The position numbers and the translations under genes were made by a program. This document shows positions 18,721-28,555 of a stretch of DNA of 64,000 bases, piece after piece. Within the stretch, counting starts at the first letter, position 1; the number at the start of each line of letters is the position of its first letter. Source of the stretch: Candidatus Woesearchaeota archaeon (GTDB lineage Archaea > Nanobdellota > Nanobdellia > Pacearchaeales > GW2011-AR1); contig CAZHCL010000001.1 in the NCBI GenBank assembly GCA_964530955.1, forward strand, positions 32,001 through 96,000. The letters are read 5' to 3'. The notes under the pieces were generated by a model. That model ran no database searches. It was given only the letters and a program-made list of their open reading frames with translations, and was not told where the DNA came from.

Positions 18721-19347
18721 TTATCTCTCATCCAATTTTTCTAAAAACCTTTTCTTTTCTCTTCCAGGAACTTCCTTACCCCAAAGAACAAAAACACGAT
18801 TAATTCTTGACCAATAGTTTTTGGGAGCTATTTTCATCAGTTCAAACTCTGTCTCTGTGGGATTTTTAGTTTTTACAATATTTAATACATTTGAAATTCT
18901 ATGGACATGGGTGTCTACTGTGATGCTGTCTTTATTATGTATTTCGCTTAAGACAAGATTCGCTGTTTTTCTACCTACCCCTGGAATCTGAACAAGAAGT
19001 TCTATCTCATCAGGAACTTTAGAATTAAAATTTTCTACCATAAATTTGGCAGCTTCAATCACATTCTTTGCCTTAGTTCTATTATAGTTAAGACTTTTAA
19101 AAATTAAAAGCACTTCTTCGTATTTTGCCTTTGAAAGAGATTCTAAAGAATGATATTTTCCGAATAGAGATTCGGCAATGGGTATTGTTGTTTCATCCCT
19201 GCTTTGAGCGCTCATTATTGTTGCAATAAGAGTCTGCCAATCCTCTTTCCATCCCTCTCCAGCAAGCCTTTTCGTATCTTTGCTGTATTTTTTCTCAGCT
19301 CTTTTAAATATTTTTAGAAAGAAATCTCTTTTTTCTTGTAGATTCAT
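18721..19347 (-). CDS. nth: Endonuclease III (HhH-GPD glycosylase) lacking the Fe-S cysteines
   Basis: LIATIMSAQ, IPGVGRKTANLV (catalytic K), VDTHVHR (catalytic D); start moved to ATG 19347 from TATA spacing. Confidence 0.92.
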   Translation of the reverse strand: MNLQEKRDFFLKIFKRAEKKYSKDTKRLAGEGWKEDWQTLIATIMSAQSRDETTIPIAESLFGKYHSLESLSKAKYEEVLLIFKSLNYNRTKAKNVIEAAKFMVENFNSKVPDEIELLVQIPGVGRKTANLVLSEIHNKDSITVDTHVHRISNVLNIVKTKNPTETEFELMKIAPKNYWSRINRVFVLWGKEVPGREKKRFLEKLDER

Positions 19348-19406
19348 AAGCATATTAGGTAACAATGTTATAAAAAAGTTTGCTAATTGTTTTTTGGAGA
19401 GTTATA

Positions 19407-19805
19407 CTATGCCTTTTCTGATATAGGTATTTGAGCTAAAGAGTATATATGTGATATCATTTTGTCCAAAGTTTCAGAAGCGGCGACTAAATAAGCAACG
19501 TCTGAAAATTTTTGGGCAGCAGGTTCAGCTACAGACTGACTATCGTAAAATTTCCTAGCACCTCTAAGACAATGAACTAGCTCACCAGCCAATGTTCTTG
19601 ATCTTTCTGGACGATCTTCAACTAAAGAGAATAAAGGCAGAATAGCACTATTAAGTGCGTAATGCGCATCTGCAAGCTGTGCAGGGTTCAATCCAGGAAG
19701 AGAATTGAGATGCCTTACTGATAACTCATAGGCAGGTAAAATTATTTTTCTTAGAGAGGGACGTATTGAGTCCGCTTCATCCTCTGCTGTGAATTGTCTT
19801 GCCAT
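19407..19805 (-). CDS. Hypothetical helical protein (orphan)
   Basis: 132-aa ORF with upstream TATA; no motif recognised. Confidence 0.65.
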   Translation of the reverse strand: MARQFTAEDEADSIRPSLRKIILPAYELSVRHLNSLPGLNPAQLADAHYALNSAILPLFSLVEDRPERSRTLAGELVHCLRGARKFYDSQSVAEPAAQKFSDVAYLVAASETLDKMISHIYSLAQIPISEKA

Positions 19806-19936
19806 TTTAATCTTCTATAAAAACAAATAGTGCGTATTTAAACCATTGCCCTATTAAAAATAAAAAAGTTTTAACGAGATATTAGTAGTGAAAAATTAGA
19901 TACAAGATTTAAATAAACATTTAATTTAAATTTCCT

Positions 19937-20323
19937 ATGGAAAACGAATATATCGGAAGGGAGATTCGCATTGCTGGCCCGGATCATAGAGGTTGCACTA
20001 ACCCTCACATAGAGGTCATTGTTGACGGCTCAGCTGATTGTTTGGTGTATTTAAGAACAGATTTTAATCCTGGAAGAGGTCCACCTAAATTTGAAGAATC
20101 ATTAGATAAAAAAGTTAATCTTGAAGCAAGTAGGGAAGACATTAGAGCTTGGAGTGGCAATAATCCTCTCTTTGAAAATATTCCTCGTCAAAGAGCAGAT
20201 AAAGTTGCTCTTGAAGAAGCTAAAAGAAGAAAATTAGTGCTATATAGAACAGTTCATGAACCAAGGTATAGCACCATTGTTGCTTGGTGTCCAGATGATT
20301 GGCAGCCTCATGAGGAGAGATAA
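19937..20323 (+). CDS. Hypothetical protein (orphan)
   Basis: 128-aa ORF with TATA at 19908-19915. Confidence 0.65.
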   Translation: MENEYIGREIRIAGPDHRGCTNPHIEVIVDGSADCLVYLRTDFNPGRGPPKFEESLDKKVNLEASREDIRAWSGNNPLFENIPRQRADKVALEEAKRRKLVLYRTVHEPRYSTIVAWCPDDWQPHEER

Positions 20324-20334
20324 TTCTTCCCACC

Positions 20335-20356
20335 CTAAAATTTAAAACATCTTCTT
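20335..20356 (+). promoter_or_regulatory. valS promoter (BRE/TATA), identical over 22 nt to the tRNA-Leu promoter
   Basis: CTAAAATTTAAAACATCTTCTT; TATA at 20341-20348. Confidence 0.75.
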
Positions 20357-20369
20357 TCTTACTGAAAAC

Positions 20370-22745
20370 ATGACTATGCCTAGATTTAAGGATATTAAGA
20401 ATTGGTCCCCTGAAATAGAGAAACAAATAACTTCTGAATGGGTTAAGTCTGATAAATTTAAGTTCAATGAAAAAACGAAAAAAAAGATTTATTCCATAGA
20501 TACTCCTCCGCCTTATGTTAACACTCCAGTACATATCGGTCAGACAGTAACTTACTGCTACATGGATTTTTTTGCCCGCTACAGAAGAATGAAAGGATTT
20601 GAAGTCATTTTCCCTCTTGGACTTGATAGGAATGGTCTTCCGATCGAGATGGCTGCTGAGAAAAAGTTCAATGTTTCGCCATTTTTAATCGGAAGAGATA
20701 AGTTTATTGAATATTGCGAGCAACTTCTTAAACAAACTTCTTCTGAGACAACAAACACGTTTGAGAAGTTGGGAATTTCATTCACCTCTTACAAGCAAGG
20801 CGAACATATTGGAGCAGTTTACTTTACAGATTCTCCAGAATATAGGGCGGTTACCCAGGCAACATTTATTGAACTATATAAAAAAGGATTAGTATATGAG
20901 GATACTAGAATAAATAACTGGGATCCTAGGTTGCAGACTACTATTGCTGATTCTGAAATAGAATATAAAGAAGTACCTTCTAATTTTAATCACGTTAAAT
21001 GGCAAATAAAGGAAACTGGTGAGGAAATAATAATTGCTACAACCCGCCCAGAACTTATATGTACATGCGGAATGATTATATATAATCCAAAAGATGAAAA
21101 ATATGTAAATTTAAAGGGTAAAACGGCTGTTTCCCCCATATTTAACAAAGAAATACCTATCCAACCCCATCCATTGGCACAAATTGATAAAGGTTCAGGT
21201 CTTGTAATGATGTGTTCTGCTGGAGACTTATCCGATATTCAATTTTTTAGAGAGATGAATCTAAAACCAAAAATAGCGATTGAAAAAGATGGCAGAATGA
21301 ATGAATATGCTGGCAAATTTAAAGGATTAAAAGTTAAGGAAGCAAGACAGAAAATTATTGAAGAACTGAAATCAGAAGGATTGCTGATAAAGCAAGAACA
21401 GATAATGCACCGAACTCCAATATCTGAGCGTTCTGGCGCAGAGATAGAGTTCATAGAAATGCCTGAATTTTATCTTACACAGTTAAATATAAAAAATAAG
21501 ATAAAAAAAATTTCCAGGGAAGTTGATTTTTACCCTCCAGAATCAAGAAAGATTCTTGATGATTGGATAGATTCAATCTCGATTGACTGGCCTATTTCAA
21601 GAAGAAGATATTACGCTACCCCGATACCAATCTGGCATAGTAAAGATAGAAAAAAGATAGCATTGCCTTCTGCAGGAAATTACTATATTCCTTGGAAAGA
21701 ATCTCCACCAAAAGATGCAGAAGTATATGAAAAAGGAAAATTAATAGGAAAATTAAAAGATTTTAAGGAAGAATGGTCTGGAGAAGAGAGAGTGTTTGAT
21801 ACATGGATGGACTCTTCAATTTCTGAGCTGGTCATGCTAAAATATAAATCAAATCCTGAATTCTTTAAGAAAGCATATCCTGCATCTCTCCGCCCACAGG
21901 GTAAGGAGATAATTAGAACTTGGCTTTATTATACTCTTCTCAGAGGTTATCTGGAGACTGAAAAAGCATGCTTTAAAGATGTATGGATAAATCAACATAT
22001 TGTTGATGAAAAGGGCAAGAAAATGTCAAAGTCAGTTGGAAATGTGGTTGATCCTCAGGAATTATTGAAAAAATTTGGTGGAGAAGCAATAAGACTCTGG
22101 GCATCTATAGAAGGAAATCTTGCTAAGCAGGACTTAAAATGCTCAGAAGATAAAATAAGAGCTGAAACAAAAACAATTAACAAACTTATAAATCTCACAA
22201 AATTCGTTTTGCAATTTAAAAGACCAAAAAAAGCAGATACTACTGCTCTTGACTCTCTGTTCATTGATTATATTGAAGACTTGACAGATTTTGCAGACAG
22301 ACAATATGAAGAATATAATTTTTACCAGCCGGCGTTAAAGATAAGACAATTCCTTTGGGAAATATTTGCATCTCATTACATTGAGATAGTCAAAAATAGG
22401 GTCTATAATCAGGAAAAAAGATTCACACAACGCGAGCAAGAATCTGCGCAATACACATTGTACTACCTTTTGGAAAGAATGCTCCTACTCCTTCATCCTA
22501 TTGCACCACAAATAACTTCGGTTATTCTGGAAGAGTTGAATGTTGAAATAGAAGATTTTCCAAAGCCTAAAAAAATAAAGAGCGATTTGGGTTTGATTGA
22601 AAAGATAATGCAATTTAACAGCGAAGTATGGAAGACTAAAAAAGATAAGGGCATTTCTTTGCGGGACCCTATATCTAATATGACCATTCCAAATGAAATA
22701 AAAATATTTGAATCAGATCTTAAAGCGTGCCATAACCTAGTTTAG
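20370..22745 (+). CDS. valS: Valine--tRNA ligase (archaeal type)
   Basis: DTPPPYVNTPVHIGQ, KGSGLVMMC, DWPISRRRYYATPIP, DTWMDSS, KMSKS. Confidence 0.97.
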   Translation: MTMPRFKDIKNWSPEIEKQITSEWVKSDKFKFNEKTKKKIYSIDTPPPYVNTPVHIGQTVTYCYMDFFARYRRMKGFEVIFPLGLDRNGLPIEMAAEKKFNVSPFLIGRDKFIEYCEQLLKQTSSETTNTFEKLGISFTSYKQGEHIGAVYFTDSPEYRAVTQATFIELYKKGLVYEDTRINNWDPRLQTTIADSEIEYKEVPSNFNHVKWQIKETGEEIIIATTRPELICTCGMIIYNPKDEKYVNLKGKTAVSPIFNKEIPIQPHPLAQIDKGSGLVMMCSAGDLSDIQFFREMNLKPKIAIEKDGRMNEYAGKFKGLKVKEARQKIIEELKSEGLLIKQEQIMHRTPISERSGAEIEFIEMPEFYLTQLNIKNKIKKISREVDFYPPESRKILDDWIDSISIDWPISRRRYYATPIPIWHSKDRKKIALPSAGNYYIPWKESPPKDAEVYEKGKLIGKLKDFKEEWSGEERVFDTWMDSSISELVMLKYKSNPEFFKKAYPASLRPQGKEIIRTWLYYTLLRGYLETEKACFKDVWINQHIVDEKGKKMSKSVGNVVDPQELLKKFGGEAIRLWASIEGNLAKQDLKCSEDKIRAETKTINKLINLTKFVLQFKRPKKADTTALDSLFIDYIEDLTDFADRQYEEYNFYQPALKIRQFLWEIFASHYIEIVKNRVYNQEKRFTQREQESAQYTLYYLLERMLLLLHPIAPQITSVILEELNVEIEDFPKPKKIKSDLGLIEKIMQFNSEVWKTKKDKGISLRDPISNMTIPNEIKIFESDLKACHNLV

Positions 22746-22782
22746 CGCATAGCTTTATTAATCATTCTTATATTTTATAATT

Positions 22783-23883
22783 ATGGAAATCGACCAAAAG
22801 AAAAGACAGGAACTTGAAGAACTTGTAAGCTTACTTGGAAGCATCAGAGGAAGTCATACTGAACTCGTAACTGTTCTTATTCCTGCAGGTACTAATATTC
22901 ATCAAGTTTCAAACCAGCTCGCTGCAGAAGCAGGAACTGCTGAAAACATAAAATCCAAGTCAACAAGAACAGCAGTAGTCACTGCTCTTGAAACGATTAT
23001 AAGAAAATTAAAAGACTATAAACAGACTCCTCCTCATGGACTTGCTATTTTCTGCGGAAATATTTCTGAGAAAGAAGGCGTTCAGGATGTGAAAATATGG
23101 TCCTATGAGCCTCCAAGACCCTTGAACGTAAGAATTTATAGATGCGATAAAACATTTGTCGTTGAACCTTTAAAAGAAATGCTTGAAGTTCAGGAGGTTT
23201 ATGGTTTACTTGCAATAGACAGACAGGAAGCGACTATCGGAGTTCTTGAGGGTAAGCAAATTAAGGTCATAAGAAAGCTTAGCTCTGGAGTTCCAGGAAA
23301 AGTTAGGGCGGGAGGGCAGTCATCCCAAAGATTTGCTAGAATAACAGAAGGACTTGCAAAAGAGTTTTTTAGGAGGGTCTCGGATTCTATGAAAGAAATA
23401 TTTTTTGACATGCCAAAGCTAAAGGGAATACTTGTTGGCGGACCAATTCCTACAAAAGAAGAATTTCTTGAGTTAGGAGATTTGGTTACAAAGTTAAAAG
23501 AAAAAGTAATTGCTGTTAAGGATATAGGATACACTGATGAGCATGGTCTAAGATTACTTGTTGAGGCATCTCAGGAAGATTTGTCAGAGCAAGAGTTGAT
23601 GAAGGAGAAAGATATAGTAAATAAATTCCTTGAGACTCTTGGAAAGCACAGAGAAAAGGCATCCTATGGTCTTGAAAAAACATCTTTGGCATTGGAAAGG
23701 GGAGCAGTTGAAAAACTCCTTTTATCGAAAAAACTTGATAAAAGAGAGACTCTGGAATTAGAGAAGAAAGCTGAGAATATTGGTTCTGAAGTTTTTATAA
23801 TTTCTACTGAAACTGAAGAGGGTGAGCAATTTTATAATATAACCAAGGGGATAGGCGCCATTTTAAGATTTCAAATTGAATAA
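22783..23883 (+). CDS. prf1: Peptide chain release factor aRF1
   Basis: NIKS, YRCDKTF and GGQS motifs all intact. Confidence 0.97.
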   Translation: MEIDQKKRQELEELVSLLGSIRGSHTELVTVLIPAGTNIHQVSNQLAAEAGTAENIKSKSTRTAVVTALETIIRKLKDYKQTPPHGLAIFCGNISEKEGVQDVKIWSYEPPRPLNVRIYRCDKTFVVEPLKEMLEVQEVYGLLAIDRQEATIGVLEGKQIKVIRKLSSGVPGKVRAGGQSSQRFARITEGLAKEFFRRVSDSMKEIFFDMPKLKGILVGGPIPTKEEFLELGDLVTKLKEKVIAVKDIGYTDEHGLRLLVEASQEDLSEQELMKEKDIVNKFLETLGKHREKASYGLEKTSLALERGAVEKLLLSKKLDKRETLELEKKAENIGSEVFIISTETEEGEQFYNITKGIGAILRFQIE

Positions 23884-23969
23884 TAGCTGATTAGAATTGA
23901 TTTTGAGTAATATTAAAGATGATATCTAAAAACAACAAACCATTTAAACGTAAATTACAATAGAATCCA

Positions 23970-25997
23970 ATGGAACCTGTCCTTCAAAAGAAAAAAAAGC
24001 AGGAAGAACTGCTGCTAGAGGCAAAGAACTTTTTTGATGCTTATAAGAAAGAAATAAGCGATTCTTTAAGAGAGGGAGATAAAATTGTTCATTTAATCTT
24101 CCAAAATCTTATTGAGCATTCTCCAACACTATCCGATGCAGTTATAGAAGACCCTCAACAAACTCTTGCTATATTAGAGACCGCACTGGATGAAGCAGGA
24201 TTCATAAAAAATCCAAGAGTGAGACTGCAGGAGCTCCCTATTTCAGTCAAAATAAAGATAAGAGAGATAAGAGCTAAACATCTTGACCAGCTTCTTTGGA
24301 TTGAAGGAATAATCAGGCAGGCTTCTGAAGTTAGACCGCAGGTTGTGAATGCTAAATTTGAATGCCCAAACTGCGGAGCTTTACTTTCAGTTTTACAAAT
24401 AGATAATAAATTTAGGGAACCTTCTAGATGTACCTGCGGATGGAAGAGTGCATTCAGACTTATATCTAAAGAAATGGTTGACACTCAGAGATTAGTAATT
24501 GAAGAGTCTCCAGATTCACTTGATGGAGGAGAACAGCCAAGAAGAATCAATGTATTCCTTCAGGAGGATCTTGTTGACCCAAAAATGGAAGAAAGAACTA
24601 CTCCTGGAAGTAAGGTTAAAATATTTGGTATTTTGAAAGAAGTTCCAATACCGTTGAAGACAGGCTCAATTTCAACAAGATATGACATTGCAGTGGAAGC
24701 GAATAATATAATCCCCTTGGAAGAATCATTTGAAGATCTTAATATAACTGAAGAAGAGGAAGACCAAATAATTCAAATGGCTGCTGATCCAATTATATAC
24801 GACCGCCTGGCAAAAAGCATTGCTCCAAGTATTTATGGATTTGATAAAATAAAAGAAGCAGTACTTCTTCAAATGTTTGGTGGAATAAAAAAGTCAAAAT
24901 CTGATGGAGGAAGCACCAGAGGGGATATTCACATACTTCTTGTCGGAGATCCGGGAGTTGCAAAGTCAGTAATGCTTAAATTTATCTCAATAATTGCCCC
25001 TAAAGGAAGATATGTTTCTGGTAAAGCGGCAACTTCTGCAGGCCTGACTGCTGCCGTCGTGAAAGACGAGTTCCTTAGGGGATGGAGCTTAGAGGCAGGA
25101 GCTATGGTATTGTCTAATAAGGGAACTGTCTGTATAGATGAAATAGAAAAGATGAATGAGCAAGATAGAAGCGCGATGCATGAGGCGATGGAACAGCAAA
25201 CAGTTACTATTTCGAAAGCGAATATTCACGCAAGCCTTAGAGCTGAAACTACTGTTCTTGCTGCGGGAAACCCTAAAATGGGAAGATTTAATCCCTATGT
25301 TCCAATTCCTGAGCAGATAGATATCTCTCCAGCTTTACTTAGCAGATTTGATGTTATTTTTGTAATAAAAGACTTGCCTAATAAAATTCAGGATGAAGCA
25401 ATTGCTTCACACGTTTTGGAAGAACACAAGCAGGAAGTTATCAGAGATACGATTCCTCCAAAACTTTTAAGAAAATATATTTCATATGCTAAACAAAAAT
25501 TTAAACCTAAATTAACTGATGAAGCAATAGAGGAAATAAAGGATTTTTATGTCAAATTAAGGGGACAATCGGTTAACAGTGATGCTGCAATAAAGCCAAT
25601 CCCTATTACTGCTAGACAATTAGAAGGAATAATCAGATTATCAGAAGCACGAGCTAAAGTAAGATTAAGCAAGGAAGTTAAAAGAGAGGATGCAAAAATA
25701 GCTATTGAACTTTTGAAGACTTCTTTAACACAGGTAGGTTATGATGAAGAAACCAAGACATTTGACATTGACAAAATAACCTCTGGTATTTCAGCAGGTA
25801 AAAGAAATAAAATAATGATAGTAAGAGAGACTATTGCTCAGCTTGAAACACGTCTAGGAAAGCTGATTCCTACGGAGGAACTTGAAAAAGCCATCCAGGG
25901 AAAGATGTCTTCTCTTGAATTAGAGGATGCTATAAATCAACTTTCTAAATCAGGAGATATATTTAAACCTAAAAAGGGATTCATACAGAAATTATAA
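23970..25997 (+). CDS. mcm: Replicative helicase MCM
   Basis: CPNCG/CTCG zinc finger, GDPGVAKS, CIDEIEKM, HEAMEQQ, SRFD; no intein. Confidence 0.98.
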   Translation: MEPVLQKKKKQEELLLEAKNFFDAYKKEISDSLREGDKIVHLIFQNLIEHSPTLSDAVIEDPQQTLAILETALDEAGFIKNPRVRLQELPISVKIKIREIRAKHLDQLLWIEGIIRQASEVRPQVVNAKFECPNCGALLSVLQIDNKFREPSRCTCGWKSAFRLISKEMVDTQRLVIEESPDSLDGGEQPRRINVFLQEDLVDPKMEERTTPGSKVKIFGILKEVPIPLKTGSISTRYDIAVEANNIIPLEESFEDLNITEEEEDQIIQMAADPIIYDRLAKSIAPSIYGFDKIKEAVLLQMFGGIKKSKSDGGSTRGDIHILLVGDPGVAKSVMLKFISIIAPKGRYVSGKAATSAGLTAAVVKDEFLRGWSLEAGAMVLSNKGTVCIDEIEKMNEQDRSAMHEAMEQQTVTISKANIHASLRAETTVLAAGNPKMGRFNPYVPIPEQIDISPALLSRFDVIFVIKDLPNKIQDEAIASHVLEEHKQEVIRDTIPPKLLRKYISYAKQKFKPKLTDEAIEEIKDFYVKLRGQSVNSDAAIKPIPITARQLEGIIRLSEARAKVRLSKEVKREDAKIAIELLKTSLTQVGYDEETKTFDIDKITSGISAGKRNKIMIVRETIAQLETRLGKLIPTEELEKAIQGKMSSLELEDAINQLSKSGDIFKPKKGFIQKL

Positions 25998-26044
25998 TTG
26001 AATACCTAAAAACTTAAAAGGCCTGATTGTTAAATCAAATAAAA

Positions 26045-26680
26045 ATGGAAAACACACAAGTTCAACCAAGCACTTCACCTAAAAGAAATACTGCCTACAA
26101 GTTAAGAGTAGGAACAATAATGTCGGCAAAGCAGAATCTTGAAGGTGAAAAGCTAAAAAATATTCAAATAGCTGATAAAATGATAGTGAGAGTCAATGTT
26201 ATAGCTAATGTGACTGACAAATATATTCAGGAAGGCGAGAAGAAATTTGGTTCCATAACTCTCGACGATGGAACTGGTCAGATAAAGGCTAAAGCTTTTG
26301 GGGATGATGTTGAGTCCTTCTTTTCAGAGCTTAATCAGGGAGACACGACGATGGTCTTAGGTCTTTTACGCTCTTGGAATAATGAATTGTACATTTCTCC
26401 AGAGATAATAAAGAAAAAAGATCCTTCTTTTCTCCTTGTCAGAAAGCTTGAAGCGGAGTCTGAGGAAGTAAAAGTTCAGGATAAGGTGCAAATGACCGTA
26501 CTTAAAGATAAGATACTTAGTATGATAAAAGAGGCTGAAAAGGACGGAGGAATAGATACTGAAAAAATTTCCAGAGAACTTAAAGAAAATCCAGATGTAG
26601 TAAATCAGGAAATAAAGAAATTCCTTGAAGAAGGAATAGCTTATGAGCCAAGACCTGGAAAAGTCAGATATCTTGGTTAA
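26045..26680 (+). CDS. RPA32-like OB-fold ssDNA-binding protein with C-terminal winged helix
   Basis: RVNVIANV...LDDGTGQI OB fold; GIAYEPRPG winged-helix end; ATG 26045 preferred over TTG 26027. Confidence 0.85.
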   Translation: MENTQVQPSTSPKRNTAYKLRVGTIMSAKQNLEGEKLKNIQIADKMIVRVNVIANVTDKYIQEGEKKFGSITLDDGTGQIKAKAFGDDVESFFSELNQGDTTMVLGLLRSWNNELYISPEIIKKKDPSFLLVRKLEAESEEVKVQDKVQMTVLKDKILSMIKEAEKDGGIDTEKISRELKENPDVVNQEIKKFLEEGIAYEPRPGKVRYLG

Positions 26681-27211
26681 ATGTACCACAGAAAATTTAA
26701 TAGTGTAATGTCTCAGTTAAACGAAATTTGGGCGGCGAATGCCCTAAATATGAATGTTAATCTCCATCCAGGTATTGATCTGCTGGGAGAAGAAAAAAAT
26801 GTTGAAGTAAAATTTAATCTCCAAGCCAGAGGCATTTATAGGCACCGCTCATGGAGAGTATTAGACCATGAATTAGCTTATCAAAATGGAAAATCTTGTT
26901 TTTGGGCTCTTGGTTTCTATTGGTTAACCGATGATGTTGCAAATATTAATGTGCAGACTCAACTGGCTCTTGAAAGAAGAGTTACCGAAAGAGAATTGTT
27001 TATTGTTGGATGGGATTGGATGAATAGATTTGATAGGTATCACGAATCCGGAGAAACAAGAAAATCAAAATGGAATAACTGTTTAAGGTTTCCCAAATAT
27101 AACCAATTGCCTTCAGTAGTGAATACTTACAAAGTAAAAAATGGAAGAGTTCACTTGACAGAAGGAGTTGACCCTAGTTTTTTCAAAGATATGAAAATAA
27201 TTTCACCTTAA
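26681..27211 (+). CDS. Putative PD-(D/E)XK (restriction-endonuclease-fold) nuclease
   Basis: Helix NEIWAANAL, then GIDLL and NVEVKF (D...E-x-K); no methyltransferase nearby. Confidence 0.6.
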   Translation: MYHRKFNSVMSQLNEIWAANALNMNVNLHPGIDLLGEEKNVEVKFNLQARGIYRHRSWRVLDHELAYQNGKSCFWALGFYWLTDDVANINVQTQLALERRVTERELFIVGWDWMNRFDRYHESGETRKSKWNNCLRFPKYNQLPSVVNTYKVKNGRVHLTEGVDPSFFKDMKIISP

Positions 27212-27793
27212 CTTTTTCAGTGCAAGATATATTGCAGCAATAACTAACAGGGCAAGAACTATTATTACTGCCAATTTGTCGTCAAAATTCTTAACTGCTG
27301 CCTCTATAACCAAAATAGCTCCTGCGGGAAGTGCAATTATTTGAAGCAGAAGTGTTGGAATGAAAAGCCCTAAAACGACAAGAATAAAGCCTATTATCGC
27401 AAAAATAAAGAAGCTTACTCTATTGTAACTCTTTGTGTCCGTATCTAGTTGTTTTGCACAGAAGTCACATTGCTTAAGAGCAACAGTACATCCATTATCA
27501 TTATACTGATAAATAGGCGAACCTCCTTGAGCAGTACAAGAATCAACCTGATTATTTAAAGTCGAATTGAAAAAACAAGAGGCATTTGTTTCTGGCTGAG
27601 GAAGGTAGGGTTTTGCAGGATAGGAATAATAATAGTTGGAAGAAGAATTACAGTATTTGTTATACTCTGGAGCAGGATAGGAATAGCTTACAATTAGATT
27701 TACCAGAGTTATCACCATTATTGCAATAAAAATTCCTACAATTATTGTCAGAGCAAGTGTTCGGCCATGTATTGGATGTTTGTTCTCAGGCAT
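27203..27793 (-). CDS. Membrane protein with Cys-rich extracellular loop
   Basis: One N-terminal TM, six Cys in the loop, three C-terminal TM helices. Confidence 0.8.
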   Translation of the reverse strand: MPENKHPIHGRTLALTIIVGIFIAIMVITLVNLIVSYSYPAPEYNKYCNSSSNYYYSYPAKPYLPQPETNASCFFNSTLNNQVDSCTAQGGSPIYQYNDNGCTVALKQCDFCAKQLDTDTKSYNRVSFFIFAIIGFILVVLGLFIPTLLLQIIALPAGAILVIEAAVKNFDDKLAVIIVLALLVIAAIYLALKKLR

Positions 27794-27843
27794 CTAATTA
27801 TTAGATAAATAAAGCTTATAAACCTTATTTTACGCAGAGTATT

Positions 27844-28254
27844 ATGGAATCTTATGACTCATTGCTTGAGAAAGCTTATTCTAAAGTAAAAGTGGTCAAA
27901 TCTTCAGGTGAAAGATTTGAAATACCTAAAGTTACTGGGCAAGTTCAGGGTAAAAATACAATAATAACTAATATAACTTCTATAGCAAATTATCTTAGAC
28001 GCCCTGTTGACCAAATTTCAAAATTCCTTCAGAAGGAACTAGCTGCTTCAGGTAAAATAGAAAACGAGAGGCTTATCTTAAATACTAAATTGGGTTCAGA
28101 TAAAGTAAATGACAAAGTTGCTCTTTACACCAAAGAATTTGTTATCTGCCCTGAATGTTCAAAGCCAGATACTGAAATTATAGTCGATAAAGGAGTAAAA
28201 TTCAAGCATTGCCTTGCATGCGGGGCTAAATCACCCATAAAAAGGAAATTATAA
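27844..28254 (+). CDS. eif2b: Translation initiation factor aIF2 subunit beta
   Basis: ERFEIP; CPECSKPDT...CLACGA zinc finger. Confidence 0.96.
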   Translation: MESYDSLLEKAYSKVKVVKSSGERFEIPKVTGQVQGKNTIITNITSIANYLRRPVDQISKFLQKELAASGKIENERLILNTKLGSDKVNDKVALYTKEFVICPECSKPDTEIIVDKGVKFKHCLACGAKSPIKRKL

Positions 28255-28553
28255 TGATATCAGTAAAAATACATAAATCCTACAGAACGGTAGTGGCAAT
28301 GTGTGATTCTGAGCTGTTAGGGAAAAAATTTGAGGAAGGAATAAGACAGCTTGATGTTAGGACAAATTTTTACAATGGGGAAGAAGTTAGTGAAGAAAAG
28401 GCTTTAGAAATAATGCAAAATTACGGCATAGAGGACGCAACCTTCAATATAGTGGGAGATAATTCTGTTAGACTTGCAATACAAGCAGGAATTATTGGAG
28501 AAGAATCTTCTGCTAAAATTCAGAATATACCTTTTGCTTTAAAATTACTTTAA
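28254..28553 (+). CDS. DUF424-family protein
   Basis: VVAMCDSELLGKKF, FYNGE, NIVG motifs; adjacent to eif2b. Confidence 0.85.
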   Translation: MISVKIHKSYRTVVAMCDSELLGKKFEEGIRQLDVRTNFYNGEEVSEEKALEIMQNYGIEDATFNIVGDNSVRLAIQAGIIGEESSAKIQNIPFALKLL

Positions 28554-28555
28554 AA

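Noticed and set aside
23199-26689. Minus-strand ORFs inside prf1, mcm and the RPA gene
   Set aside because: Shadow ORFs; the same applies to the other 60-120 aa antisense ORFs nested in synthetases and transporters
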